54,572 nucleotides of DNA from Chromera velia. Taxonomy: Eukaryota. The notes under the pieces were generated by a model. It did no database searches, had not been told where the DNA came from, and worked only from the letters and a program-made list of their open reading frames with translations. Below, one piece after another: positions 21,827-37,322 of the stretch (its first letter is position 1; each line of letters begins with the position of its first letter). A program made the position numbers and the translations under genes. Location of the stretch: NCBI GenBank assembly GCA_018398765.1, contig JAHBMJ010000177.1:1-54572 (forward strand), written 5' to 3'.

Positions 21827-22918
21827 AGCTGATCAGCCGAATTTGCGACTCCAGGAGGACCAACAAGGAATGGTTGTACTTCAGGGCGCTGGGAAGGAAT
21901 CACAGGAAGGACCCGGCATTCCTATCTGTCAGTCAGGCAGGCAGTCGGCTGAGGATGGGAAGTAGAAGGGCAGGCTTGGAGGCGACAACCTGCTTCTGCT
22001 ACTTGTATAGAGGCACACATGGTGGAGGATTCTGACCCGACAGCATGAATCGCTAGACAGAAACGTGACGAGGAGAGAAAAGCAGAAAAAAAGAAGGCAA
22101 GGTACCAATCATTCAATGCGACCACCCTCGATGCCACTCGCCGCGTCATTACGTGCTCTCCGTCTCAACTTCGTTCTTTCTTTCATCTCTCGCTCTCTCT
22201 CCCTCTTTCGAGATTGATGCCGCAAAAGAGACTCCTTATCCAACATCTGCAAATTGCTGCGCTTTATGTGCCAGTTCTTCTATCTTTCTGTCTGTTTCTC
22301 GGTATCATTTCCTGCATGTATGTCTGCCTATCTATGCGCATGCAGGACTTTTCGGATTTCTCCCCCGAGTTCCAGAAGGCCTTCCAACTCCCTGATCCCC
22401 TCATGCCTCCACCCAGCCATCTGTTCTCCTCTGTCTTCAGGGCTTCCTCCCATAACCTTCAACTGTGGTGCCATTACGATGTCCCGGCAGTCAGTCAGTC
22501 AGTCAGTCAGTCAGTCAGCCTGCAGGAAAGACTGTCGTCCTCTCAATCCCTCTCAATTTCGTTTTTTCCCTCTTCTTTTCTTTCACATCATCCCTTTTCT
22601 TTGTTGCTTGCTTGATTGCTTGCATGCATCCTCCGGGTTTAGAGAATGAGCCCAAAAGCGTATAGATGAAATCGCCCCAGTGTCTTTCAGTTTCTTCCTT
22701 CCTTCCTTCCTTCCTTCCGTTCCTTTCCTTTCCTTTTCTTTCTCCCCGTCCCCCCTCCGTCCATTGATTAATTTATTCATTCTTTTCTTCTGCTGTCCAC
22801 TTCCTTCTTTCGATGACTGTGGGCGAAAACAAACCTCATGCCATAAAGGGCACAAGATGAAAGAGACTTGAGCGGCAGTCACGCGACTCTTTCTCTCCCC
22901 CCGCCCTTTCCTCCCCAC

Positions 22919-22952
<34 letters not shown>

Positions 22953-22990
22953 CTGTGTCTGTGTCTGTGTCTATGTCTGTGTCTGCGTGC

Positions 22991-23033
<43 letters not shown>

Positions 23034-23058
23034 TGTGTATGTGTATGTGTGTGTGTAT

Positions 23059-23098
<40 letters not shown>

Positions 23099-23101
23099 CT
23101 A

Positions 23102-23145
<44 letters not shown>

Positions 23146-25252
23146 GTGTTCCTTCAGAATTTTCTTTGTCAGATTCGGGGAAGGAAACGCGTGCTAATGA
23201 CCCCTCCTTCCGAGGCCTTCAACTTGTACGTGTCTGACTCTTCCAGTCCTGTTTTGAATTTGTGGGGAAGACCGGACTTCGACCGCTTTCCCTTCACATG
23301 GCACTCTCTTCGCAAATCGACTGAGGCTTACTTGGAACCGGGTCGGTGTTGCGTTTGTGCAAGGCATCTGTTGGCGTGTGTGTGTATGTGTGTGTGGGTG
23401 TATGTGTGTATGTGTGTGTGTGGTAGTTGTTTTTGTTTGCCCCTAGAAGAGAGGGATGCTCCTGCTCCATCCCAGTTTTTTTGCCTCTGCGTGTTTTTGT
23501 TTCTGCCCTCTACATGTGTTTCCCTGCTTCTCCATGTCTCTGTGTCCATGTCTCTCTGTCCTCCTGTGTCGCTACCTTTCGGTGTTTCTGTCTTTGTCTC
23601 TGTGTGTCGATATCTCAAGATACCCGTACGTACCGCTGTATGTGTTTGCACAGTGTCTCTGTTTCCCTGATTGTTTGCACGCGTGTACTCCTTTTTCTGC
23701 AGGCGATGTCCTCTACATCCCCCCTTTCTGGTTTCACACAGCACAAACACTTCCGCCTTGTAATTGGAGACCTCGGGGTGAGCTTTGAATGGAGAAGAAA
23801 AGGGGCAAGTGTGGACTTTCTGTTCCAATCCCACTATTTGTTGTTACTATTTTTCGTTTCTGTCTCTCTCAAAGTCTCGTCCCAGGCTTCCCGAATATTT
23901 TTTGGCACTTCTGCTGTCTCTTCCTTTAGTTTGCACTTGGAGAACTTCTTTTGAAGCATCACTGCCGTTCCCTTTGTCTTGTCTTCTTTCCACTCTTTGT
24001 TCAGCAGCCACCCTCCGGTATCAGCCATCTCTGTTTGACCCTGCAGATTCATCCATCCGTTTCGATATTTGGTTTGCTCTTCCGACTTCTTTTGTAGTTG
24101 TCTCGCCGACACTATGTACAAACATGACTCCACAAGCGTCTACGTCTCTCGTCTCTCCCTCTCTTTCCCGACCCCTCTCCCCTTCTTTCTTTCATGCACA
24201 TCACTTGCTGAGGCCCATGCATCAAAGTTCCTTTCTGCCGCGAACAGACTTGTCGACTTCCTGCTTTTCTCTTCTTCAGGGGCCGCTGAGGTGATCCATG
24301 CCGCGGGAGGGGCAGGAGGGGCCTCGCCTCCTCCAACCGCGGCAGGCCCCGGGGGAGGGGGTGAGGAGAGCGTGGAGGACCCCGACGCTCTGAATGTGTC
24401 TGTGAACGTTTTCTTCAAAGACCCTCGGACGCTAGATGAGGAGAAAAGCAGAAACGTGGAGGTCTACGACAAGAAGGACATCTATGGAAACAAGGTCTGC
24501 CTGCCTGTTCGTTTCTCTTCTTGCCTGAGAAGGAAGCAAAGAAAATACAGAAACGCACAGAGACGAAGCTACAGGATGAAAGGAGGAGGCGAGAGTGAGA
24601 GAAATAACGACATAAACCAGAAGTGGGCGGCTGTCGATTGTGAATGGCTCGAGAGGTCTGATCTGGGTGCAGCAGAATCAGAGTTATCCTTTCAAAGGTT
24701 CTGGCTCTGAAGAATCTCGTCCAACCAGTTCCCAACTTCGTGCCTGCCTGCATTTTGCCTGTGTCTCTATTCGTTCTTTCTGTTTCCGATTCTGTGTGTG
24801 TCTGTGTGTGTCCTTGCTCTCTTCGTGGTCCCCTGAAGGATCCCCCCGTCGTCCAAAGAGTGACAAAGACCGTCCAGACACAGGTCCTCAAGGTCGGTCC
24901 GATCTGTTCTTGCAGTATCGAACGTGCAGAACCTAGTCTTCAGCCAAGCTGGCGCTTTCCCCTTACGCTTAGCTGGAATGAGGAAGGCAGGCAGCTGAAG
25001 TTGTGCGTTGTGGGTATTTAGAGCACGTGAACCGCACTCTTGCCTTCCGTTGCCGGTTTTTCTGTCTTGCGGTTGCTTCATCGGTCGGTTCTCCCCCACT
25101 TAATTTGTTGTTTCTCTCTGTGCATCGTTGTCGGCCTGCAGCCGGTGGAAGAGGGACTCCCTCCAGCCCTCCGGTCATTCTTCTTGTTGAAGACCGCGGC
25201 GTTTCTCTTCGGAAAAGCGCAAGAGCTCGCTTGCGAGGCGACAGAGAACTGA
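20667..25252 (+). CDS. TYW5: tRNA wybutosine-synthesizing protein 5 (JmjC hydroxylase), 10 exons: 20667-20999, 21117-21177, 21373-21464, 21829-21927, 22346-22489, 23158-23341, 23703-23777, 24280-24494, 24839-24892, 25142-25252
   Basis: All joins are GT-AG and phase-consistent. The spliced protein has GLDLGEC..WT, VSVHVS..LDFVRKNFEY, FSSVFRASSHNLQLWCHYD, GDVLYIPPFWFH, VNVFF and YDKKDIYGNKDP, collinear with known TYW5. The HxD...H iron ligands are intact. Confidence 0.92.
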
Positions 25253-25397
25253 ACAGACACATTAAGACTACAATGAATTCATGACTTAAAAATGATTGAT
25301 TTGTCTGCAAACTAGTGTGTAAATCTTGGTGCCTATTCACCATTTAAATTATTTTTAGTACACAGCTTTTATGATATTATTGATATAATTTTATGAG

Positions 25398-25937
25398 CAG
25401 TGTTGTTAAGTCTCGGTACTTTCGGTACCTCGGTACCAAAGGGGGGGTCGGTATCGGATTTCGGATCGGATCTTTCGGTACCGACCTAAATGACTCTCAA
25501 ACTTAAAAATCACATGTAGTCTGATGTTACAATATCATTGAAACACACTTCATAAAACAAAATAAACAAAATACAATGATAAACTAAAATTAAGAAAGTC
25601 TTTTCTAGCTTTTTTGATTGTTCCGCGACTTCTGTCTTCTACTAGGTCTTCTAGAACGGTCTATGGATTGAGGCATAAAACCCATGTGTAGAACTGTTTG
25701 CATTACCCCCCTCACGCTTCAAATTAGACATCAAAAGTTTATGCTAGTCATCTTTGAGCATTCTAGTGTCCTAACGGCATATAAACAGTCTGTAAAGAGT
25801 TCTAAAAACCTGTTTAGAATATGTAAAAAAATCGGTACCGAAAGTATCGAAAAGGTACCGAAAGTACCGAAAAATTTCGGATCGGGGGGTCGGTATCAGA
25901 TTTCGGTACTTAGGTTTGTCGGGACTTAATAACTCTG
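25398..25937. mobile_element. hAT-like MITE (540 bp)
   Basis: TIRs CAGTGTTGTTAAGTCTCG vs reverse-complemented CAGAGTTATTAAGTCCCG (15/18). 8-bp TSD TTTATGAG (25390-25397) / TTTATGAA (25938-25945). Many CGGTAC subterminal repeats at both ends. Confidence 0.9.
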
Positions 25938-27448
25938 TTTATGAACAACTTGGTCTAGATCGAAGTCGGTTTAAATCGGTTTTTTATTTGAATGATTGGC
26001 TGGGTGATTGGCTTTAACTGGCAACTACTGGCTTAAATCACTTCAATTTCATTCAAATTTTAAATTAAAGAATGAACAAATTGAAGAAATTCTGTTTGTA
26101 TTACAGGCGTCACACATAAGAAAAACAAAGACAAAAAAATAAAAATTCTAGTAAAATTTTTTTTCGTAGTCTTCAATCTATTCCAGGATCTATTTCAAGT
26201 GTCAACACAAATAAAAGAATCGCTTTTAACTGTTAAACCCACGTACTCCTAGACGTACCCTTATACATACACGATTTAATTGTATCTAATTAGTTTTACA
26301 AAAAAAAACTATTATAAAGCACACTTATATAGTTTTTTATGTGCACTGCATAACGACGTCTAAGGTTTTAATTCAAATTAATTATATTTGGTTTCAGTAA
26401 AAGTAGTACTACTTTGACGATCTGATACTAATTATTTATTTGAGTCTCATGGGATCCCTCGGTGGATTGATGTATTTAGCTCGAGTGAGAAAGTGAATAA
26501 GACATTGATTAAACCATGTCAAGATGCAACTAGCAACACAATAAACACAACCAGAGCCCTTCCAGCGATCGATCAATCGATCGATCTTGCTGGAGGTGCA
26601 AGGCCAAGCAGGCGCTCAACGGATCCACTGAGCCACCATGCAACCTATCGGCCCACTTGGGAACTCGACGCATGCATGGATCTATCAAGAAACTGAGGAG
26701 TGGATGTCAATAATGCGAATCTTTCGTTCCCTGATTCCTTATGATGAGACTGGAGTCAGGAAACACATTCTCTCCTCGATGGCCGGAGCATTAGCCGCCT
26801 GCCCGATTTCAATCAGCTGCACCAACACGAAGATGATCGATCGATCGATCGAATCAGCAGCCACGCTCTCAGAATGTCACATCGATCAACAAGACTTCTC
26901 CTTCTCTTTCTTCTTCTTCTGCTTCTTTTTGTGGCTTACTTGTGCACGCTCTCTCTGCTTGTATTTCTCAGTCGCAATACGAAAAGAATCCCTCTCTCGG
27001 TCGACCGGTCAATGGCTTAAGAACACCTGCGCTTGACCCCTCTGTGGTGCAAAATGTCTTGCATTTACCTGCATTCAAATGCAAAATACATGTATGAGGA
27101 AAAACATCGGACGACAATTAAAACGCTCACGCAAAAAAGAGGACCACTTCGTTGCGGAGAAGGTCACTGACAGCGACTGCATCTCCCCATGCAACCTGCA
27201 TAGTCGACTGTTCATATACACCCGCCTGCTGCCATCTGGAGGAGAAGCAGCTTAGTTTTTCTTTATCATCGCAGATAGATGCGCTATGCACGACCCCCGG
27301 CATCGATCCCATTCCACCAGGTGTCTTTGGCCTCATCGAAGGTCCCCTCTTTTGTCTTCCTGCGGTGCTCCTTGCGCCGTTCCGCCCTCTTCTGTGTCAT
27401 CAGACGGGAAAACTCCTCAGAGATCATCGGCCACTCACGCAAGTCATC

Positions 27449-29414
<1,966 letters not shown>

Positions 29415-30788
29415 CGCGTGCAAAAAGAGAGACGTAGACGGGAAGGAAACGGCAATCTGATCTTTGTTGTCACTTACACTGATCGCCCGCACATGCACAG
29501 TTGCCGTCGGAACGAAAAGCAGTCTTTCTTGGTTTCATAAACCGAAAAGAAAACGTCGCAGAAGTGCAGCATATACCATCATACATTGCCACAGTATATT
29601 AATATCAGTCTGAGTCTGTACACTATGGCCCCATGCATGGTGGCATGGTACGCCTGCATGCTCCATTCAATTAATGCATTTCTCATGCAGTTCCCGTCTC
29701 GAGCGGGCCGGAAGACAGAGCAAGCAGGCGGGCGCAGACCGCGGCCGAGCTACCGCGCGTGCACGGGCGGGCCGCCGGGCGGGCCGCGGGCGGGGTCCAA
29801 AATTTGACTCCAAATTTACACTCCAAAACTCCAGGTGACGACAGAAACGACAAAAAAAGATAACGACGAATCAGTTCCACAAACAGTAGGATTCTAGACA
29901 GCCAATGCTATGACACAGACCTATACACATACCCGGTGACTTCCTTCAATCCTCCTGTTTTGTCACTTGAATATACTTGAACAGTTATGAAACCGTTTGT
30001 TAAGGTTTATAAAGTATTGTAAAGATTTGTAATTAGTTTTAAAAGTAGCTGTAGACAGTGGATTACAATTGATTTTAATGAATCATAATGAACTAGACTG
30101 AACTAAATATGACGATATGATTATTTTACATTTTTTTTGTTGTAAAAACCTAGGTATAACTAGAGGTACAAACGACCTCCCTAAACCTAACTACCACTTA
30201 AAAGTTCAAGCCACATTTTTGGATAAGCTTGAAAGTCTGCGCCATCATTTACGGTCTTTTGAAAGCCACAGCCGTATATCCGGACGGTGTCTTGACCATC
30301 TACGCTGTAGGCGTGGACGGTCTCTTAAAAAACGATGCCGCAGATAAAAATCATGTTGATTAAAGTGACACTTAAGTTCAGGGAGGTTGTACAAACGTCA
30401 ATTGAAGAAAAAAAAAAATAAAAAAAAAATACCAGGTACAACTAACAAACATTAACAAAAACCAACCTATAGCATGAGAATATCGGAAAAAATTGTAGAA
30501 ACGGAATGTTTAAAACAATTATTTATTTAAAAATGAAATTTTAAGCTTCAACCTAGGTTTTAAAAGCTTGATTTTAGGTATCAACAAACGCCAGTAAGCA
30601 CATTTTTCCGCCTCATTGACATAGATTCCGGATCAACATACATTTGTTTATGAAACGTCTGGTTAAACCTAATTCAAGCTTTCATGCGATCATTTTTAAG
30701 TTTCGTTACACATATGATTAAAATGTGTTAGATGCTTCTAAAGATACTGTCTGCTGACAGACTATCACTTTGGTTCACACTGATCGAG

Positions 30789-31317
30789 TCATTTCAGCTT
30801 ATCAAAAACCCGAAGAGTGTTTTCCTCCGCCTGCCTTGCTAGGTCTTCTAAAGTCAACTCCCTCCCATGAGACCCTTCTGAATTTGAATTCACTGCACCC
30901 AGTACAGCTTCTGCGACCTGCATGCACAACCGCAATCAAACAAGGAAATTCTCTGTCATCTTTGCTTAGCTTTCCGTTCTGTTGGGCAGTCGGATTGCCA
31001 GTCGGCTTGCAGGCAAGCAGACAGGCAGTCACCCAGTACGCTGTCGGTCATTCTCAACCTGTACACTGTTGCTCCTCAGAAAGCGGCCACTGTACAGCTA
31101 CGGAGGCACATGCCACATGCACCGTTGGACGTGAAGGGTACACACGCCGCACTACACATCGCACGCATACGCACGCACACACACATACACCCAGACTAAC
31201 CCTGGCTGTATGACTTCGATTTTCTTTATTTTTTTCTGTTTCCTTTCAAACACAAACAATAAAACAGACAGTCTATGTGTTTCTTCTTCTCAGACAGACA
31301 TGCAGGCAGGCAGCCAG

Positions 31318-31372
<55 letters not shown>

Positions 31373-31493
31373 TAGAAAGAGAGCGAGAAAGAGAGGGGGT
31401 GGGAGAGAGAGGGTGGGAGAGGGAGAGATGAGGAGAGAAGAGGGAGAGAGAGGGAGAGAGAGGGAAGGAGAGGGAGAGGGAGAGAAGGAGAGG

Positions 31494-31531
<38 letters not shown>

Positions 31532-32888
31532 GAGAGAGAGAGGGGGGAGAGAGAGAGAGAAAGAAAGAAAGAAAGAAAAAAAGAAAGAAAGAAAGAAAGA
31601 AAGAAGGAAAGAAAGAAAGAAAGAAAGAAAGAAAGAAGGAAAGAAGGAATAAAAGAAAAAAAGAAAGAGGAAGGAAGGAAGGAAAGAAGAAAGAAAGGAG
31701 GAAGGAAAGAAAGAATGAAAGAATGAAAGAATGAAAGAATGAAAGAATGAAGGAATGAAGGAATGAAGGAATGAAAGAATGAAGGAATAAAAGAAAGAAA
31801 AAAAGAACGACAGAAAGACGGAAAGACAGAAAGATAGAAAAACAGAGAGACTGTGTGTTTCTTGAGAGAGGGGGAGGGAGGGAAAAGGGGGGCCTTCACT
31901 GACTGACCTGCACAATGCCCGAAGGTTCGTTTCTTCCCTTCACCCTCACTCCCTCCTCGAATTTCTCCGGCTTTTTCGATTCAAAGAGAGTCTTCACATG
32001 CTTCGAGCTCGCGTGACTAAGCCGAATGTCACACCACGGTGCATCCGTCTCCAGCATCAGTTTATCAACTGGAATTTTAGACACGACCTCCAGGTTCTCT
32101 TCTGTCTTTAGAGAACAGCCGTTCAAACCAATGTACAGACCCTCTGACAGAATTGCCTCCGCGTCCGTGAGACTGTCCGTGAAAGAGTGTACCACTCCGC
32201 CAACCCCCTCCCACTTTTTTCGATTTCGTTTCAAAATATCCAAAAACGGCGTACAAGCCGCCCGCATATGCAAAAACATTGGAAGCTCGCATTCCTCCAC
32301 AAGATTCAATTGAAGTTCAAAAAATTTCTCCTGAGTCTCAAAAGCACAGAACTGAACCCTGTCAGCATCCAGACCCATTTCCCCCACTGCCGCCACCACG
32401 TCCAGGTTATTCTGAATCAATTCGCGCAACTTTGAAATATGGCCTTCAGGGTCCGACTCAAATTCTCCGCATCTCGTTGGGTGGACCCCGACAGTACAGA
32501 AGAGCTGCTTCCGATCTGGGTCCAGGTCCCGACAGAGACGGATCACCTCCTCAGACTCCGACAGACTGCCCCCAGTGACAAGCATCTTCTGCACCCCCGC
32601 CTTCTTTGCTCGTTCCATCACCAGCTTCAAGTCAGGTTCATGTTTCTGCTTCCCGTTGTACCACCCTTGGAACATGCTGTCCCCAAGGTTGACAGCGATG
32701 TCGATGAAGGAGACGGCAGTGCTCATTTTCAAACCTAGGCCAAAGGTTTTCCGAGGAAATCTCAAAGTGGCCGTCCTGTGTTCCAACAAATGGGCGGCAA
32801 CGGTGGCTCTACGAACAGAAAGAATCACTGAAATTATTGCGAGGACGCAGGAAAAGAAAGAACACCTGCCAGATTGATTTCGAGACAT
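30789..32888 (-). CDS. TATDN1: TatD-family nuclease (TATDN1-like); exons 32888-31908 and 30917-30789; alternative start at 32726
   Basis: Motifs FIDIAVNL, TVGVHPTRC, VGEMGLD, LPMFLHMR, GVVHSF, IGLNGCSLKT, LMLETDAPWC and GRNEP. Exon 2 VAEAV...LARQAEENTLRVF is joined in phase 0 (GTCAGT...CAG). Confidence 0.92.
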
Positions 32889-33464
32889 GCGACACACGAC
32901 TTACTCAAGTTGAAAGGGCAAAACTGTCAGCTGACTGCGATGCAGCAGACACGATTCTGGCTACGTGCATCGAGTTGAACCCCTCACGCGTATAGACTTT
33001 AGATTGTACGTCTTGCGGTTGTGGCAGGAACAGCTTTGGGCTCGGTGTCCTGTTACTCTGTACGCGAGTATAGTTTGGTCGGTAGACGGTTCCGGCCGAT
33101 TTCCGCCGTCTCCCTGCCATGCATGCAGTGCATGGACTTGATCGACGAGACGGAGACGGCTAAGTAGTCTTGCATCCACAAATCGATCGTCTCGAGTCCG
33201 GCCGAGATGTCGGATGAGGAAGTTTTATTCACTGTCGATAAAGTTCACTCCCGTCGTTTCTAAGAAGTCTGATGCCAGCCGTAGATGCGGTGCTCGCTTT
33301 TTGTTCCTTGTTAGTTTTGCTGCTTGTCCAAGCTTGGTTGTTTGAGGGACATTCAGCGACCGCAAGACGAATCCTGTCCTGCCGTCTCTCTGAGAGGAGT
33401 GAACTGAGAGGCTGACCAGTCGCGGTGCTTCTCCGAAAGTACTTTGAGAATTGCGGAAATTACC

Positions 33465-34983
33465 ATGCAGACATACACTCCACAGCAAGTGAAGCGCAAA
33501 GGGCAAGATAGAGCCGTAGCGCTTGGAGAACCGAAACTCGCGAGGGAGACGGTCAAACAGCAACATGCTCATCCTTCTTCTCCTCCGCAGCCAGAGTCAG
33601 GGGAAGTTCTGGTTGACATCGAGGACCTGGCAGGCACGCAGTCTGCCGGTCAGAAACGTCCAGTTGGGAAGTGCCATCGCGATGCCAAAGATGAAATTCG
33701 GGGGCAAGGGTGTGAAGGGACGGAGACTCCGGTCAAGACCGAATTAGCTCAGAAGGGCTCAGCCACACCCCGCAAACGTTCCAGGCAAAACACATCCTTC
33801 TCAGTTCCGGCCGAGTCGTCTATCCGGCAGGTGACCTCTCTGCTCGGAGACCTTCACGGCACACCAGTGCACCAGAAGAACACGAGCAATGCGTGCTCCC
33901 ACAAGGCGTCGGTGATGGAGGCAGCAGTCTCCCTCATCCTCAGCCAGAACACCTCCAACAGAAACTCGTCAGCGGCTCTGCAAGTCCGTCTGTATGTTTT
34001 TCTGTGGAGAAAAGAGATACCGCTCTTTCGTCCCTCTGCTCTGCGTCGCGTCGTTGATCTTGGCCTTCCTGCTTTCGATGTCTCTTCTCTCCTTCAGTCT
34101 CCTCCGCTTTCAGACGACTCACTCGCCGAAATTTACCTGAATATCTTCCTTCCTGCGTACCTGTATCTGTTTGTTGCCTTTCGGCTGACAGTTCTTTTGT
34201 CCGGACCCATTCCTGTCTCCCAGTTTGGCTCTCTGCCCGCATATCTCCTAATCTGAGCGATCGACTGTCGTCCTTCATCCTTCCCTCCCTCCATGTGTGC
34301 CTGCCTCCCTTTCTGACTGTCTTTCTTTCTGTCTCCGTCTGTGTCCATTCCGTCCTGTCTAGGCCGATTTCTGACCCTTTGTGTCTTTCTTCCTGTAAGA
34401 GGCACACGCTGTTTGTCATGAGTTTTCTCACCCTATCCTTCGACACGTCGTCTCTTTAATTCCGTCATTGTCGTCTTCACTCCTGCAATCTCTCGAATTC
34501 AGCCCTTTCCCCCAGCTCCCCCTGCACTTCGTTTTGGATCGATCTGTCCATATCTTGTCTCGCAGCATGTCTAGGCATTTTCTCTCCCATTTCTCTCTCT
34601 CTCTCTCTTCTCTCTCTCTCTNNNNNNNNNNNNNNNNNNNNNNNNNNNNNNNNNNNNNNNNNNNNNNNNNNNNNNNNNNNNNNNNNNNNNNNNNNNNNNN
34701 NNNNNNNNNNNNNNNNNNNNNNNNNNNNNNNNNNNNNNNNNNNNNNNNNNNNNNNNNNNNNNNNNNNNNNNNNNNNNNNNNNNNNNNNNNNNNNNNNNNN
34801 NNNNNNNNNNNNNNNNNNNNNNNNNNNNNNNNNNNNNNNNNNNNNNNNNNNNNNNNNNNNNNNNNNNNNNNNNNNNNNNNNNNNNNNNNNNNNNNNNNNN
34901 NNNNNNNNNNNNNNTTTCTTTCTCTCTCTCTCTCTCCCCCTCTGAAATGGACCCAGCTGTCTCTGCTCGCTAGCTCTCTGTCG

Positions 34984-35033
<50 letters not shown>

Positions 35034-35106
35034 GAAGTAAAGAAAAGACGATAAAGTGTCTGTCTGTCTGTCTGTCTGTCTGTGAAGTAAAGAAAAGACG
35101 ATAAAG

Positions 35107-35137
<31 letters not shown>

Positions 35138-35168
35138 GTCTGTCTGTCTGTCTGTCTGTGTCTGTCTG

Positions 35169-35200
<32 letters not shown>

Positions 35201-36903
35201 ATGAAGAAAAGATGGGAGAAGAAGAAACATACTTTCTGTCTGTCTGTCTGTCTGTCTATTCATCTGGCTGTGCAGAACATCCGCACGAAATTCAAGGGAG
35301 ACTTCGAGGCTCTGCTCGCGGCTCCAGACTCCGAAGTGCAGGATGCCATCAGAACGGTCGGGCAGGGCAGGGCAGGCAGACCGTTGGTGTGTTTAAGTCT
35401 CTCTGAGGATTTGATTCGGGATTGACGGCATTCGGCTCTCTCAAATTCGGAAAACAGCTAGCGGGTTGTTGGAAAGACCTCTGGAAACTCAATAAGGCCT
35501 AAAACAAGGCGACAACGCGGGGTGGAGCGAACAAGAATTCATTTCATTGTATCGATATCCCGACATCCTTTGCAGCTATTGGAGGTCGAATCAAAATTCT
35601 TTGCAGCCGCTTGATCCTTCGATGCATCGTCTCTGGGCCCTCTGTGTGCATGAATGGCCAGCAGACTGTGTCAGGCCAACGATAGCAGTGTGAGACGGAT
35701 TTCCTCATTCTTTCTCTCTCTCTCTCCCTCCCGGTCTTTGCATGCCTGCAGGGTGGCCTCGCCAACGTGAAGACGAAGCGCATCAAGCAGCTCTTGAGGG
35801 CGGTGAAGGAACGTAACGGCACCCTCTCCCTGGAACACCTGCGAAGCCTTCCGCCTGCAGACGTGAAGGCCGAGCTAGAGAGCTACAGAGGCAAGGGGTT
35901 CGGCCCCAAGTGCTCGGCTTGCCTCCAGATGTTCACACTCCAACTCCCAGAGTTTGCAGTCAGTCAGAAGCATAAATCACGAACAACCCGCATCGTTGTG
36001 TGAAATCGAAAAGGCCCTGCAATTCAAGTATTGTTAACATCCTACAGAAAAGCTCTGGAGTCTTAAGACCATTAGACTCCCATCAGTGACATGATTAGCT
36101 ACGAGGCATTGAGTGAAGCAGTCAGACAGAGGACAGAAAGTTTGGGTGCGTAGGTCGAGAGAGGTTTGGTGGGTGAGGTCTGACGACTGCAAGGCATGAT
36201 GGTTCGATCATCTTGTTGAGTTCCTTGTTTGCGTGTCTTTCTTGTCATTTTGTGTGCATGTTCCCGGTTTTGTCCCTCAGGTCGACACCCACGTACATCG
36301 GCTTTGCAATCGGATCTTTGAGCTCGGCTGCCCCACGCCTGAGCACACCTATGAGCACATGAATAAGTGGGTCGGCTGAGTCGACTGTATGTACAGAGGG
36401 GACCTGTTGGGTGATCGAGATAAAATGCTGTAGGCATGATTCGAGTTGGGAAGACCCTGTCATTTCTGTGGGTTTCTGTGGGTTCCCGTCATGTTTTCTT
36501 TCTTCACCGGCTTCCGACTTGCATATTCGCAGTGTCACTTTGAATGTTGCCTGGATCCCTGCGAGTACAAATTGCACGGCACTTTTCCCCATTCGATCGG
36601 CTTCAGGCAGAAGAGCTCCTGGCAATTCCACTGAAATTATGCTGAAGTGTTACGACGTGCAGACTGGTGCCCGACTCGCTGAAACACAACCTCCACGTCT
36701 TGTTCATAAGACACGGCCGGAAGATTTGTGGAGCGAGAGGGCCTCGGTGCTCTTCCTGTCCCCTGTCTGTCCCCCGCGACGAGCAAGGAGACCGCCCTGG
36801 AGCAAGAAAGGGAATGCTAGAGCGCATTCCATGCGCCTATGCCAGAAGCTTGGCAGCTGCTGAGTTTGAAGGAGATCCAAAACGAGATCCAGCTTGCGAA
36901 TGA
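33465..36903 (+). CDS. HhH-GPD DNA glycosylase (endonuclease III-like); exons 33465-33983, 35276-35356, 35752-35958, 36281-36366, 36663-36903
   Basis: LILSQNTS, DAIRTGGLANVK, the HhH GFGPK with its Lys, FAVDTHVHR with the catalytic Asp, and HGRKICGARGPRCSSCPL. The joins are GT-AG and phase-consistent. Confidence 0.9.
34622..34914. other. Assembly gap (N run) within a (TC)n tract in glycosylase intron 1
   Basis: 293 N characters flanked by TC repeats. Confidence 1.
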
Positions 36904-37322
36904 CGTTATGGGCCTTGTTGTAAGAAGTAGTTCAAGATAGTGCAAAAAGTTCTCGAAAAAGTTCTTCATTGAAAGCCCGAGCTTCAAGTTGTATTACATG
37001 CATCGTTGCACTGGGTACACTGACAGTTAGAATACTAGTTAGAATACTCGTCTAAGTAGTAGTCTCAGTAGTCTAGGCTAAGTCGACCTGGCTAACTTAT
37101 TTAGTAACTTATTGACGTTAGAGACTAGATACCGAGGCTCATTAACACTAGCGTCACGATTGAAGTTGTGACCATTCAAGCTACTGAACATCCACGTAAT
37201 TGCAAGCAGCTTTAAGTTACTTATAATAACTATAACGTATATGGTTTGAAGTGATGGACCTATAGCTAGCCCTATAACCACGGCTTTACAACATATCAAA
37301 TGATTCGAATCGTATAGATCGA

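Noticed and set aside
31226..31915. F/S/L-rich hydrophobic ORFs
   Set aside because: These are the (TC)n/(TTTC)n tract of the TatD intron
35015..35110. Duplicated GAAGTAAAGAAAAGACGATAAAG unit within (TCTG)n
   Set aside because: Local slippage duplication next to an assembly gap, with no sign of function
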